A DNA stretch of 63,898 nt, filler included, from Choristocarpus tenellus KU-1152 (Eukaryota; Protista; Phaeophyceae), in assembly GCA_964200185.2 (NCBI GenBank). It is 9 parts of 9 records of this genome, joined end to end, with 100 filler letters (N's around TTAATTAATTAA, not from the genome) between each part and the next. Parts side by side here need not be neighbours in the genome. Positions count along the whole stretch, not along the records: positions 25,072 to 31,254 come from CAXNAD020008733.1; positions 31,355 to 37,323 come from CAXNAD020009288.1; positions 37,424 to 43,830 come from CAXNAD020008200.1; 6 more parts are not named here. The stretch is one strand, 5' to 3'. Position numbers and translations under genes: made by a program. The notes under the pieces were generated by a model. It had not been told where the DNA came from and ran no database searches. It saw only the letters and a list, made by a program, of their open reading frames with translations. Shown one piece after another: positions 25,238-38,495 of this stretch (its first letter is position 1; every line of letters begins with the position of its first letter).

Positions 25238-28200
25238 CTCTGGTGGGTCAGAAGGGGGCAGGGGCTTGAGCAGAAGCCAGTCAAAAGCATCCACCCTGGC
25301 AAACATTGCAAACAGGAGGCTGCACAGGAAATAGGTCAACATTAACATTGTTGGTATCAAGGGGTCGTTGAATGGGTCAGGTTGTATGTCTTCAGGTGGG
25401 GTAGTGGTTGTGGGTGGGGAGAGAATAGGAAGGTTTTTCAAGGTTAGTATTTGAGAGCACATACATGCATTACTCTTTTAGAATATGTTGTCTTGAATTG
25501 TTGGCAGCTACGGCCCCCCGTCCCCACACCACCCCTTCATCACATTTCACCATACCTTTGCTGTTCTAGAAGCAACAATGTCAGTGTTTCTCCCTTCAAC
25601 CAAATTTTAGGATGAGCATACTTCAAGTACTGCATGGTCACCTTGTGTATATTGTGACTAATACAATAATATCATGTGCCCTAGAGTACATACCAAAATA
25701 CTTAATATCACAAAGGACAAAACAAGGGCATACAAGGCAGGCATACACACACATGCCTATACACAGAACCAAACCATTGGCATATACATAGCAACCCTAT
25801 TGCTGCTGCTGTCCTCCAACCTGTCAATGTAACAAGTGTTTCCTCCATTCTCCATTCCACGGATTGCTGTGCCGGGGCAAGGAGGCTCCAGGAAGCCCTT
25901 TTCAGCTGCAACTAGGTCTTGGTAGAGGGCTGCTGCATGCTTCGGTCCCCAATCAGTGTACCTTTCTCAAGTTGCAAAGCAAAAACAGCAGACACAAGAT
26001 CGGTGGTGTTGTTCGAGGAAGTACAAGGGATAGCTAAAGGGACCAGCTACAGCTAAAGGGACCAGCTACCACAGTACAAACACAGCCCCCCACATCATTC
26101 TATAAAATAGACAATAATAGTGATTTTCAAGAAAAATCAGGGCAAGAGAGAGGGGATTTACATTTGGGGCACGGCGTACAAAGGTATAAGTTGAAGTAGA
26201 TTATTAAAACATCGATCAAACTACATTAATGATGTACTGCTGCTCCATAGCACAACAGCACCAACCCTGGGCAGAGGCAGGATGGGGTAATGTACCCACC
26301 TCAACAAGGTTGTGAGGCGGTCTCGATCCAATTGCACGCCCAAGCTGAGAAGCACCCCCATGCGCAAATCTTGCTCCTCCTCTCCCACACTGAAAGCAGC
26401 AGTTCCCCCTTTGGTCCCAATCCCAACCTCAAGGTCCTGCCGCTTGACTACAGTTGTTACCACCTGTGTGGAGAGGGGGAGGGGGGAAGATACCCCAAAG
26501 GTAGAGGTGACACCACAACTATCATAACAGGGTTGTTAGCACTGAGGATAACATTGAGGATCACATGAGATTGTACCTGCAAGAGAGAGATCATTACTTT
26601 TTGTCAGCTTCTTAACAATCAGAGGATAGCATTGGGCTCCATTTTGCACAACAATCAGCAGGCAATATCAGTGCATCTAAAACACCACAATAACTAAAAT
26701 ATCATTGCTTTAATCACTGCTCTGCTATGATGACATCGATGATACAATAGGTATACTAGAGGACTGTCACAGCTGTTGTCTGTCACCTCTCATTGCCTGA
26801 AGAACAAAAGCTTGGCCAATGCTCAGGAAGGACTCTTCTAAAACTACAGGAATGTTGCTTGTGTCATTGTGACAAGAAACAAAAACACAAACCCCTTGGA
26901 AACTATAGTACTCTGCAGTCGACAAGCTCTTGGTATATCTACTCCCTAGCGAACAATCCCAGCAAGAGCATAATATGTTCCTTATGGGCACGGCACCAAA
27001 CATAGGTTTGTACGTCATCAAATGTATGGTCAACACATAAGATATATTTAACTCCACGGCACAATACTAGTGTATTGCTCCCAAGTAATCCAAACCTTAC
27101 AAAAACAACAAAAAACTCCAGGGGTGTCATCCTTGACATTTTCTCAACACCTCAAAAGTCCTTAGACCGCTTGAAAAAGCTTAGGGTTAGGGTTAGGGTT
27201 AGGGTTTTACCTACATAGATATTTACACTTGCATCTCGAAGTATTTGACATGATAATATTACCTGATCCAGGAAACTCTCCACAAACTGACGAGGAGGAG
27301 TCTTCACGTCACCACCCACATTCATTGCCTGCAGATCCCTCTCCTTCTCCCCCTCCTCTACTACACACTCATTCCCCTCACTGCCCTCTCGGTCATGGCT
27401 CAATCCCTTCATATTGTTGGAGCCTTCCCCTTCCCCTTCCCGCTCCTCCTTTAAACGTTGCACTGATGGCAGTGCCCTGGGGAAAATGTCAGACGCCTGC
27501 CCAATCACCAGCAAGGTAGGGTCTTCAGCCCCAACCATGGTCAGTTTTTGGCTGTTTGGAGAATCTCTAACTTTCGAAGCCACTGTAACAAACAAGGATT
27601 TTCAGAGTGGACAGTTCTTAGTCAATAGATAGAGTCAGGTAAGGAATTTGAGGTATCACTTTCTCATTAGAGGAAGGAGAAGGGTGAGGGGGCAAAACAG
27701 AGTGTTTCAACAATCCAAGAATCGGTCTGATGCGTTACCAAATTTAGGTATTTTTCAGTTCTTTCAACTCGTGATACATCTTGAGGAGACAGCAGACATG
27801 CAAGGCACACCTTTGAGAGTACAAATATCGCCGCCCTTAGGTTTGACCCCCCTCCCCCAACTTCCTATTTCACACTATATGTGTTACATGCACAGCGTAA
27901 GGCACACATCACCCTTGAGCAAACCACCTAGTATTTCGATGTGATGCAGTAAAAAAATATGGGGATACACCTCCTTTGGACCTGACTGATTGCTTGGAAG
28001 ACACAAATCAGAAAAATAGCAAAATCACCACTGCCAAGAAACGGAAGGAGCTTTGCCTCAGTGCAACTCACCACTGCAATGGAAGATTAAGGGGGAAAAG
28101 GAAGAGCTAGGGAAGGAGAGTTAAACCATTATTACCTGAACGACTCGTGAATACACCAGTTTCTCCTTCGCATGAAGCCTCGTCCCTATCCTCCCCCTCA

Positions 28201-29952
28201 AACTTCATATCATCCTCTGAGTCATCCGTTGCAGAATCAGTGCCCACATCCGACCCCAGCCCTGACCTGACACTTGGCAGCTCAGCTCCTTCCCATAATG
28301 AGGTACCAAGCACTGCCAAGAAACGGAAGGAGCTTTGCCTCAGTGCAACTCACCACTGCAATGGAAGATTAAGGGGNNNNNNNNNNCAAGCACTGCCCTA
28401 CCCCGAGTCTCCTGCACTGTAGTCCCTATTCCAACACCTGTCCTTGTTGTATCTGCTATCCCCTCTGCCCATGGTGATGTCACTGCTGCTGGGGCTACAC
28501 TGGCACCCTCTTCCGCTGCCGTTTCATTCCCAGGTTGGGGGGAGTCAGGCAAAGGAAGCAGGTCATCAAAGGCACACATCACCTGGAAGTGTAAAGCATG
28601 TGACTTTGAGTGCAAGTTCTTTGTTGGTTGTGAGTCTCTACTTGCCATAATTATCATCGAATAGTTCCTGTTGTAAGTTCTATACAGAAGCTTTGATGTA
28701 CTTGCCTCAATTTTCTTGCCTAGAGTGGGTACATTAAAAAGGGAGTCGGAAGATTTTTATGGTGACTGTACATGCTCCGTACAAAAAAAAAAAATTACAT
28801 TCCATTAGTTCTCTACCTCTCGTGGGTTGCACAGCACAGACAACTATTGGATATTCACATAGTATAGTTGGACACAGTTCTTACAACAAGCATAGCACCT
28901 TTGATTTAAACCTCTCTGTTCACAACAGACCCCCAAAAAGATATAAAACCCAGCTGTCTTTTGTACCTGCACATAGTTTCCCTTATCGTCCAAACCCAGT
29001 CGCTGGTCGTGCAGTAGGCCTAGAAAAGCACCCACAAGAGCAGGGAGCGGCCGCAGTTGAACCTGTTCCAAAAACGGAAACAGGAGTTAGGAGGTGATAG
29101 AATAGACAAAGCAGCAGAGTATAAAATAAATTCAACACTTGGCTCTAATTGATTGGAGTCTTTCCACTACCTACTTAGAGCATAGAGTCAGTATTCACAT
29201 TGCCATAGAGTTGCAATGTCTTAACAACTTCCTGGACCAATGAATGATGGACTTTCACTGAGAGTTGTCACATCTACTTGACGTACAGCAATCAATGTGC
29301 ACCTAGCTCCTCACACCACTGACAAGAACTATCATAGAGATTCATTTTGCTCTAACATGTTTACTACCGTAAAGTATGGTCTGCCTCTTCTTTTTTCTCA
29401 CCAGCTTGCACAAGTAGGCATTGAACGTCACTCTCCGTCCCTCCTTCGCAGCACCGCTTCCAAAAGTCAAAGAAACAGCACTTCTTGGTGTGTGGTAGCT
29501 TGACAGGATATTTCGCAGGCTATCCTTCATTGTCCCGACCCCTTCCATTGTCGTCACCCCAACCCCAGTCAGCTTATCAATTATTGGGGAGGTACTGTCA
29601 AATTCATGCCTTGTCCACGAGTCTGACGGCTTACTCCTCCCACCATCATGGACAGACTTCTCCATGAGAAATTCCTTGAGTTGCTTCAGGAGGCCCTTGA
29701 ATTGCGAATATCTCTTGTAGACTACCCACAACTATTTAAGTGGTATCAGGACAAGAAGTTCAAGATGGGGTTGTGGGACGACCGGTGGTTGAATGAACAT
29801 TTCAAGGACAAGAGTATCTTTACCAGCGTTCTCACCTGGCCAGTATCGACGAGTTGCACCTCCACCTGATAGACCGTGTGCCCAGATTGATGGCGGAGGT
29901 ATCGGGGGACCTCGACTTTTACAGCCCCAAGCTGTGAGGATGACGAAGACAT
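25238..29952 (-). CDS. PX (phox homology) domain protein, multi-exon, 3' incomplete
   Basis: Exon 1 VKVEVPRYLRHQSGHTVYQVEVQ and exon 2 WVVYKRYSQFKGLLKQL...EGRRVTFNAYLCKL, then VQLRPLPALVGAFLGLL, form a PX domain. Further AG/GT-bounded coding blocks lie at about 28580-28140, 27570-27260, 26460-26300 and 25320-25238; their assignment is less certain. Confidence 0.8.
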
Positions 29953-31354
29953 TGGCTTGTTCTCTTGCCTAGTACGTTTGAAGTAGGCGATCTCAAGGTA
30001 GCCCAGATTGGCGCTTTTCCCCTCAGAGAAAGGAGTTAGCTGTCAACAAGCAACTAAGTCAAATTTCGTCAGCATCAACAATCTTCACCTTGGATACTCG
30101 ACTGTAAACCAGTTCTCTTGTCTTCTTCAAAACCTCGTATCATCATTCCCGTTGTTGATGCTGGTTAGTATTTCGAATACGATTACTCTACCCTTCTCTT
30201 CCCTTATCATCTCTTTCTTCGAATTTAGAAGAATATATATTAAGTATTTATATAAACTATTCAAATAGTTGTTTTTTTCATTCACGTATCTACAAAATGT
30301 CAACAAACATAAGATAATGGTAATGAGGGGAGGGTGTAACTCAAAAAGGGGCTGTCAAAACCCGTTTACGACAGATAGTGTCTGTCACTACACAAGTGGC
30401 TCTATCAAAACGTGTCGTGCGTATTAAGATGGGCAAGGAGGGGCCTGTCAGATTCTTTAATGCTTCCCTACTCCTCGCCCAGTTGTGTAGGGCTAAGCTA
30501 GGTTGGAGGCATGGGAGGGCCGTAGTGTAGTAGCATACCTAGTAGGAGTAAAATAGTAAATAGATTATAGAAAGATACCTTTCACATTTATTTACGATCA
30601 TTGTTACTTTTTCAAAGGTTATTGTGACGTAGAACTGGGTTTTCATCGGCTTTTTTTTTACATAGGGCATAATAATTATAATTATAGTACAACGATGTGG
30701 TGGAAACTTGTAGTATGGATATTGACAACTAGAGGCATAATAATAGGAGGGGATTGGTGTAGCATAGCTGGTGGTCAAATAGAAAATAGATTGTAGAAAT
30801 ATATCTTTCACATTTACGACAAACTGTTTCTTTTACAGGGGTCCTTATTATGATAAACACATTATTTTATTTATTTTATTTTTTTATTTTTTTAAAACAC
30901 ATTATTGTACCCTCTAACAATTTGTAGATGTGTCAGGGGAAAAACCAATGAAAAGCCAATTAATTCAATATCGTAAGAACCCCTGTAAAAGTAACAGTTA
31001 GTTGTCGTAAATTATAATATTGAATTGACTTTTCATGAGCTTTTCTCGTGACACATCTTGAAAATGTCAGAGGGCACAATAATAATGTACATATAATATT
31101 GAGCAAAACTGTTACGGGCGAATAGCACGAGCGTTTCTTCTTGTATTTCAACGTAATGCGAGCGTTTGTTACACGCGAATAGCGCGAACATTTTCTTCTT
31201 ATGTTTCAGGAAATATGAACATTTGTAACAGACGTATAGTGTGAGGATTGTTTCNNNNNNNNNNNNNNNNNNNNNNNNNNNNNNNNNNNNNNNNNNNNTT
31301 AATTAATTAANNNNNNNNNNNNNNNNNNNNNNNNNNNNNNNNNNNNNNNNNNNN

Positions 31355-31499
31355 GGGGAGTGGTTTGTGAGGGGGTGTCCATTTCGGTCAAACAGCTCTT
31401 TTTTTTGCTGACATTTCAAATCTGACACGTGCGACCAAATCACACCAAAAGGGTGAAAAACGGACGCCAACAATCCCCCCCCCCCAGATACTTTGACCC
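31355..31499. mobile_element. MITE family A-related element at contig start
   Basis: GTGTCCATTTCGGTC ... CCCCCCAGATACTTTGACCC. Confidence 0.75.
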
Positions 31500-31801
31500 A
31501 TTTTTTATTGCTTTTTATGCTTCAAAGACACTGTCTCAGGAAGATAACTTTTTGCTGAGATTTGGCTGTCTCAGATTAATTGTACATTGGTCGGTTTGTG
31601 AGTGCACCTTTACCTCCACATTCTCATTCCACAGTCAAAAATACAATATGATGGCTCCATTAATGCTTGAACTGGTCAACAATTTTGGAATACTCTCCTG
31701 CAGCAAGAAGCCTTACTAATTAAGACCGGCTTCCTTATCCCATTGTGCCATCACCGACTTTCATTCCCCATTCTTAACCTAATAACAAACATGGTCCGCA
31801 G

Positions 31802-34800
31802 AAAAGATTGGATGTATCCACAACATTGGGGCCCTGAGCTTCAACACAAGAAACTTTAAGGAGCAGCTGAAGCAGGAGTGCTCCCAGTGGAAGGCAAAGT
31901 ATTGTCAGAATCTTCATCAACAAGCCAAGAGAAACTTGGAGAATCTGACAGAGTACATGCGGGTGAGTTATTTCACACCCAAGTAGGGAAAAAAAAGGTG
32001 ATCATCATTTGGTAGATAATTTCCCAGTTAAGTGGGAATTGGTCTTGTTCAACTCCTCTCAGGTCCTCAGAATTGTACCCAATCTGTGCTGGAGGTAACG
32101 TATGATTTTATAGCAAAAATCTTTGAGATGTTTGCTGTGGTTCAGTTGGTTAGTTTGCAGAGGGAGTTACCTTACTCGTGAAGGAAAAGATATTTCAAGA
32201 CCAGTTTTTCTATCGATACAATTGCTTTTTGCCCTCCAGAAATTTATCAGGAAGTTGGGGACACTATAAAACATCACAATTTGCCCCAATGCACAGCACT
32301 GGAACTCCTTCAACTCGAATTACATTTTATCTCAGTGCCATAGGACCTAGAGATTTATCATCACCGTTATTACAAGAAAAGGCATTGTGCATCAAATAAC
32401 AGCTGCCTCAATTTCTGACTGATTTGAATTGAGAGGGACGTGGGACTGGAGAAATGACATAAGCTTGGAGGGAATGTAAATGTCTACCCTCAATTTGGGA
32501 AAGGTAGTCAAGCTGACTGCTGGAATTCATGGCACAGAGTCAATCAACCCCACATTGAGGTTGCGCAGTGTATATAGAGTATTGTCTGTGCGGTTTTGTT
32601 GTCTGTACACTAAAATTGTGAAAAACAAACAATTCAGAAGCCTTAATAGGTCCAATTTCAATCCTGTACTCCTTCTTGTCCAAAAGGAATCTGTTTTCAC
32701 CTCTGCTTTGTATGTTAACAGCAACTTCGGAGTACCAAACAAAATGTGTCTGCTTGCCCAATGTGCATTAATATGACACTAATAGGTTGCTATGGGAAAG
32801 TTGAAGAAAGAGGTGCTCGACTTGGATACCCTGCGCTTTATGATGAACATGCTCAAGGAGGTTCGACAAAGAGAATCTGGGATTGATATGGAGATCAATC
32901 CCATCATGAATATGTACCAGGTGACATAAACTGCTATTTTTTTTGTAGCTTTCATCTTGGAATGATTATGAAGGATAGAGCTATACAAACATGATATTCA
33001 GCAACAACTATCAAATGCTATGAGAAACAAGGGGGGTGTTTAGTAGCATCCCCTTTCCTCCCTCTCCAATAGCCTCCAAAAATACAAAATGTATAGTTCA
33101 GTTTCAAATAATATATCAAATTATGGAGTCTGAAAGTACACTGTGCACACCATGGGCTTGAGTCCAAGAATGCCTAATGCGTGGTGGGACTTGGTACTAT
33201 CTGATCACCACAGCAAAGGTTGCAAGAGTATGACAGATACCTGTTTTTTATTAGGGTGCTTTCATTGCACCTCAGCTTGTCGAGCAACATTGTGAATATT
33301 TGGTTCAATTTTTTTCAAGAATGTACAACGATCTGCTGGTGGACACTATTGAGTGTCAGGCAATGGTTGTACTAATTCCATTCTATACACGTAATATTCA
33401 GCAATTTATGGTTAGCATGGACTGTTGGAGTGAAAGTGAGGACCGTCAGTATTGAGTAGGAAGAATGCCTCTACATCAGATTTTGAGAGGGTAAATTCTG
33501 TGTATCCTACAGTGAAGGTGAAGATGCACCAGGAATTCTAAGCCTGCAGTCTTAGTGACCCACTTGTATCGCAAGAGTTCTGTCTTTGATTGTTCGTCAT
33601 CATTGATGTCGGAGTATATGTGATTGCTTGGCACAAGTCAAGGTGCTTCAGAATCAAATAATAAACCTAGTCCATGAGTTCCACGTCGTACTCCAAATAG
33701 ACATGCAAGTATGGTCAAGACTGGAGCCGGAATGAGGAGGACAGACCAGATTGATGACGTCCATGTTGGGACTGGTTGAAGCCTTGAAGAAACAGGACTC
33801 AGCTTATTTCTGTTACATAACCACCCTTTTAATCTTCGCCATGCAGATGCTTGAGCACCACCTTGGCAACTCATTCATGGAGAAGGAGGAGATTGACAAG
33901 AAAACCGTTATCCGCACCAACTGGAAAAAGCTCATCAAACAGGTAGGCACAAGGAATGAAACGTGCCAGCTAGTGATAAATACACAAATATCCAGTACAT
34001 CTCCTCTGTCTGTGACTGGACTTTGAATATTCCTTGTAAGTATAGCCCTCTTCAAATTCGATGCTTGATTGCTATAGAAAGCAATCTCTTCACAATCTAT
34101 CCATTGCTCCATCAGATACCTCTAAAAACATGCCAGTCCTCTTGCTTCTCATCTTAGAGCAACCACCTTTCACAAACAACCCTAACCTACGAGCTTAGTC
34201 AACCACTTGCAAATATGGTGATTGACAACAACTTCTACATCCGCATGAAGACAATCCATTTAGCCAACACAGAGTTGGAATGCATACTACTCTATGATTT
34301 TTTGTACTAAAGAGCACCATGAAGTACTTGGCGCAGCTCTCAAATATGGCAAACATTTTTCCTTAGTAGTAATTTGGTTTCTTTTGCTTATGTGATATTC
34401 ATAACAAAAAGTATCCATGGGGGAAAATATACCATGACAATACCGCATATAGGGAAATGATTTTGGTTTATAAAAGTGAGTGCTCACTCTCTTTCTGACT
34501 ACTGTTTGAGATTCATGCACAATATACTCAACTCTTCTACTTACCTGTTCCCTGTAGGCAGAGAGTCGAGCGGACGAGCTGAGTAAAACTCAGATCAGTT
34601 TCAAGCGTGGACTCATCCGTGATATCCGTGACTTCTCCAAGGATGTCACCAACTTCCGTAGTGACTTTGTTCGGAATGGACCTATGGTTCAGGTTTGTTT
34701 TGATGATATCTTGGAAATCGCTTGTTTTGGGACTTGTAAGGAATAGAACATTGGATAGTTTGTATTAAATTCATGATGCACTAATGTAACGTGAGATCTT

Positions 34801-36723
34801 CAACAGCCTACAACCTGATAGTCATCAATGGTGCACAACATACACGTATAAATAGTCCACGCTTCAAAGGGAGTCGGTTGCTGACACCTGTGTTTTTTGG
34901 GGGATGACTAGTGGAAAGTAGTGATCAGGACCTCACCCCTAGTTTGAACTGTGACCTTTAATACCTAGAACAGCCCCACAAACCAATCATCCAACCCCTT
35001 CCTGATCAATAGGGCATCCCCCCTATGGATGCTGTGGAACGCTTGAACCGTTTCAAGGAGGAGTTCAAGATCAGGGAAAGAAAATATGACCTCTATTCTG
35101 GTATGTTGTTTCTACAAAGTATTTTGTTTTTCATCTAGGCATCACCTTAAACATACTTCTTTGTTATATATGAGAATCTTGTGAAAATCTCTGAGCAATG
35201 TGAAGCACCATGAGCAGATGTACTCTATGTCAAGGCACTTAGAATTAGAAAGGAAAAGTTGGCAGGCAGCAGCACTAGTGTAATGTTCCCACAGACTTGA
35301 CAGTTGAAGAATAACCATGTCGAATTAAACGTCAATTCTTAGTATGTTGGATCAGTAGCATCTCGTATGAAAGTCGACCTCAACTATGTACTTCAACACA
35401 GGATTGACAAAGAGTATATGTAGAGGGAACACATTTGCTAGAATGTTGGCTGGATAAACACATGCTGCTTGAAGAATGTAGTGGTTGGATATGTAGTAGT
35501 AGTTTAGGATAATCGCAGTTTGTTCCTCCATGACAGGTATGATGCCTCCACACACTGAAGGGACAACAAAGTGAGGTAAAAATGTTTGGAGCTGGAACAG
35601 ATCCGGCATTACGCTTGATTGATTAACCAGATCTAATATATCTGCGAAACCCTCTATTCCTTCCCTTCCCCCGTCTGTCATTAGTCACATCCTACCGAAC
35701 GGTTCTATATTTATTTTTTTCTTGTGCAGGGGGTGAGGAACTGTTTGCTCTCCCACAGACAGAGTACCCAGACCTAGAAAAGACCAAAAAGGTGAACTAC
35801 TGCAAGGAATAATAATGTACAGATGTCAAAGACGTGCTGTGCAATGAATCAATAAATAGTGCTGAGCAACATTTCAGATACGCTGGAAATTTCATTTCCT
35901 GGACTTCACTACCAACCCTGACAATACTCTCTTTTAATTCCATTGTCTTACACAATGGGATAAAGTACAAGTCTTCCCATTGTTCCATTTGTTGGCAAAA
36001 ATTTTCCTATATTCAAATCCTTCATGTATACACAACACAGTGCTGGTACTCCAAACAAACACATTATGTACGGAATAAACAGATCAAACACCCGCACCCT
36101 CACAATAACACTTGTTAAACTGACCGTATTTTCCAGGAACTGAAGTTATCAGACCAGCTATTTGGGTTATATGTCGACGTGCTTGAGACATTGGGAGAGT
36201 GGAAGCATGTAAGCACACACCAAACTAAACTACAGGGTCTAGCTGTAATTCCAAATCCAGTTGTTGAGAAATATCAAACCTTTGAGCATCCCCCACCTTG
36301 ATTGAAGAATAGTTCCTCCTTGAAAACATCATATCTTGGTTTTAGATCGACAAGTGAAAGTGCTTTTAGTGCCATAACTGTAATCAATGTCTTTGAAATG
36401 AATATATTGTATTCAGTTTCAGAAGATGAATGGCACCATTACACTCCTCAACAAATACCTGAAACATAAGGTCAATGTGTTTCCATTGGCAGCATGAGGA
36501 AGGACAATTGCAACAGGCAGTTGCAGGCTAAAGCTTGTTGGAGCTACCTGCAATGTTCTGTTGCACTGACACTTACTGCTGGCATCTGGTGTTGTCAATA
36601 GGTTCCCTGGGAAGACGTGGTATCAAATATTGAGACCATGACCGAAAAGATGGACAACTTCGCAAACCGTTGCAAGAAGTTGCCAGGCAGGCTCAAGGAA
36701 TGGGATGCCTTCAAACAGCTCAG
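31802..36723 (+). CDS. Axonemal outer-arm dynein heavy chain (gamma / DNAH5-DNAH8-like), internal fragment of 8 exons (about 31802-31962, 32786-32920, 33847-33942, 34558-34692, 35012-35100, 35730-35791, 36137-36208, 36602-36723)
   Basis: The spliced product includes RNGPMVQGIPPMDAVERLNRFKEEF..RKYDLYSGGEELFALPQTEYPDLEKTKKELKLSDQLFGLY..VPWEDV..RCKKLPGRLKEWDAFKQL, the tail/DHC_N2 region characteristic of DNAH5/8. Confidence 0.92.
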
Positions 36724-37183
36724 GTTTGCTCACCTCCTGCCCTTTCGCCACATTGCAACAATCATACAGTACATTACCCAATATTTTAAAAAGAGAACAT
36801 AATATCAACAGGTAGAACAGAATTTCACTCACCGATTTCAATCTGCCTTTTCCTTGACAAGGTTTGAACACTTCAAAACAATTCCTCAACTCAGACCAAT
36901 CAAAATGACAGTTTGATGTCCTTTGATCTTGAAGAATGCAGAACAATATTTGTGTGGGTTTTATTCAAGGGATACTTACAGCGTTGCAGCTAGACAAGTT
37001 GGACACCAAAATAACTACTTGTGTACCTGGCTACTGTATAATGGGAGTGGCAGTGGTTATATGAGGGTCAAGGCACCTCTGATAGCTGACACATTGTGAA
37101 GTGTGTAATACAAACTACCTTTTAGACCTCCAGTGTCTTCGATTCAATTATTTTCTGTCACACATCAAAACTCATTTCCAGAA

Positions 37184-37323
37184 GGCTCAAAGTATCTGGG
37201 GGGGGGAGTGGTGGCTGTCCATTTGGGGTCCATTTTTTCATATCGCGATTTTTGGGTGATTTGGTTGCATACATCAGATGGATAATGTAGATGATTTTTT
37301 CCTTATTTTTGTCCAAATGGACA
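37184..37323. mobile_element. MITE family A, truncated by contig end
   Basis: GGCTCAAAGTATCTGGGGG...GTCCATTTGGGGTC...GTCCAAATGGACA; colinear with the 7596 copy. Confidence 0.88.
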
Positions 37324-38495
37324 NNNNNNNNNNNNNNNNNNNNNNNNNNNNNNNNNNNNNNNNNNNNTTAATTAATTAANNNNNNNNNNNNNNNNNNNNN
37401 NNNNNNNNNNNNNNNNNNNNNNNGGCAAGGGCAAGGGCAAGGGAGTGGGTGGGGAAGATGAGGAGTTGTAAGTACAGGTAGTGGGCATTTAAGGCATGCC
37501 AAGAAAAAAAGAGAACTAATATGGGGGGGGGGTTAAGGAGGAAGAAAATGCAACACTTGCAGCAATAGAATATTCTGTTTTTAGTGTTACGGTAATTGAC
37601 TGTGTGTTCCATCAACAAAATGCTTTATCTCTGAGACACCCCTTATACCCTTGATCTCTGCAAGAATAAATGGAGGTTTCGAGGTGGGAGGGGAGAATGT
37701 TGTAACTAGGAAAAAGTATTTTCAAACCGATTTTTACCCTCTTTCTCGCAATATCATTCACATCTCCTTTTCACTCCTTACCCTGATCAGCCTTCAACCA
37801 CAGTTCAACTACCTCTTCTCAATATATTGGCATACATACATGTCTATACTCTAAAATACTTTGAGGTAGGCCCTTTGGAGTATCTTGGTACTCTTCTACA
37901 CATGCTGTATACCAAAAAGGTTTCTTTTGCTTGTCACAAAATAGTTGTTTGAAATCAAGTACTCTTGACTTCACTTAACTGTTGTGTCTTTGCTTTCATT
38001 GAATTTCTTATTTTTACTGGTGCTGGAGTTAGGACACAGGTATACCCACAAACATCACACTGTGAGTGCCCTGACCGCTACCTCAGACTGACTCGTTCCC
38101 TCCCTCTTCCCAGTGTTTACACGTTCTAAGAGTCTTTTTCCTGCATAACGTAGTAGGATGGCTAGTTGGCATGCTTCTTATTCAAGTGGTGCTCATCTAT
38201 GCACAAAACAATTACTCAAACTGAATGAAGAGTAGTCAGTATTCCATTATTTAACCAATAGAATGCTTTTGTTTTTGGAACCTGCATGTCTCTTTCTGTC
38301 TCTCCTGTTGCAAGCAACATGTCCTCCATAGACTAGTCTAACGCCAGCCACCATGTACTTTGCACCTGCTTTGAACAACACATGCGTTTGTACTCCACCT
38401 CTAGAACTCTACATCCTCCAATCTCCTATCTCATTGGTCATGTAACTGTGGAATCCTGTTGAAACAACAATATTTATAATTACAATATTAGGCAG

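Noticed and set aside
28030-28395. 66-bp direct repeat (about 28030-28095 and 28311-28376) next to a 10-N gap inside a PX-gene exon
   Set aside because: Most likely a scaffolding artefact: removing the second copy and the gap rejoins ...RGRAVL|GTSLWEG in one frame through a shared CACTGCC overlap.
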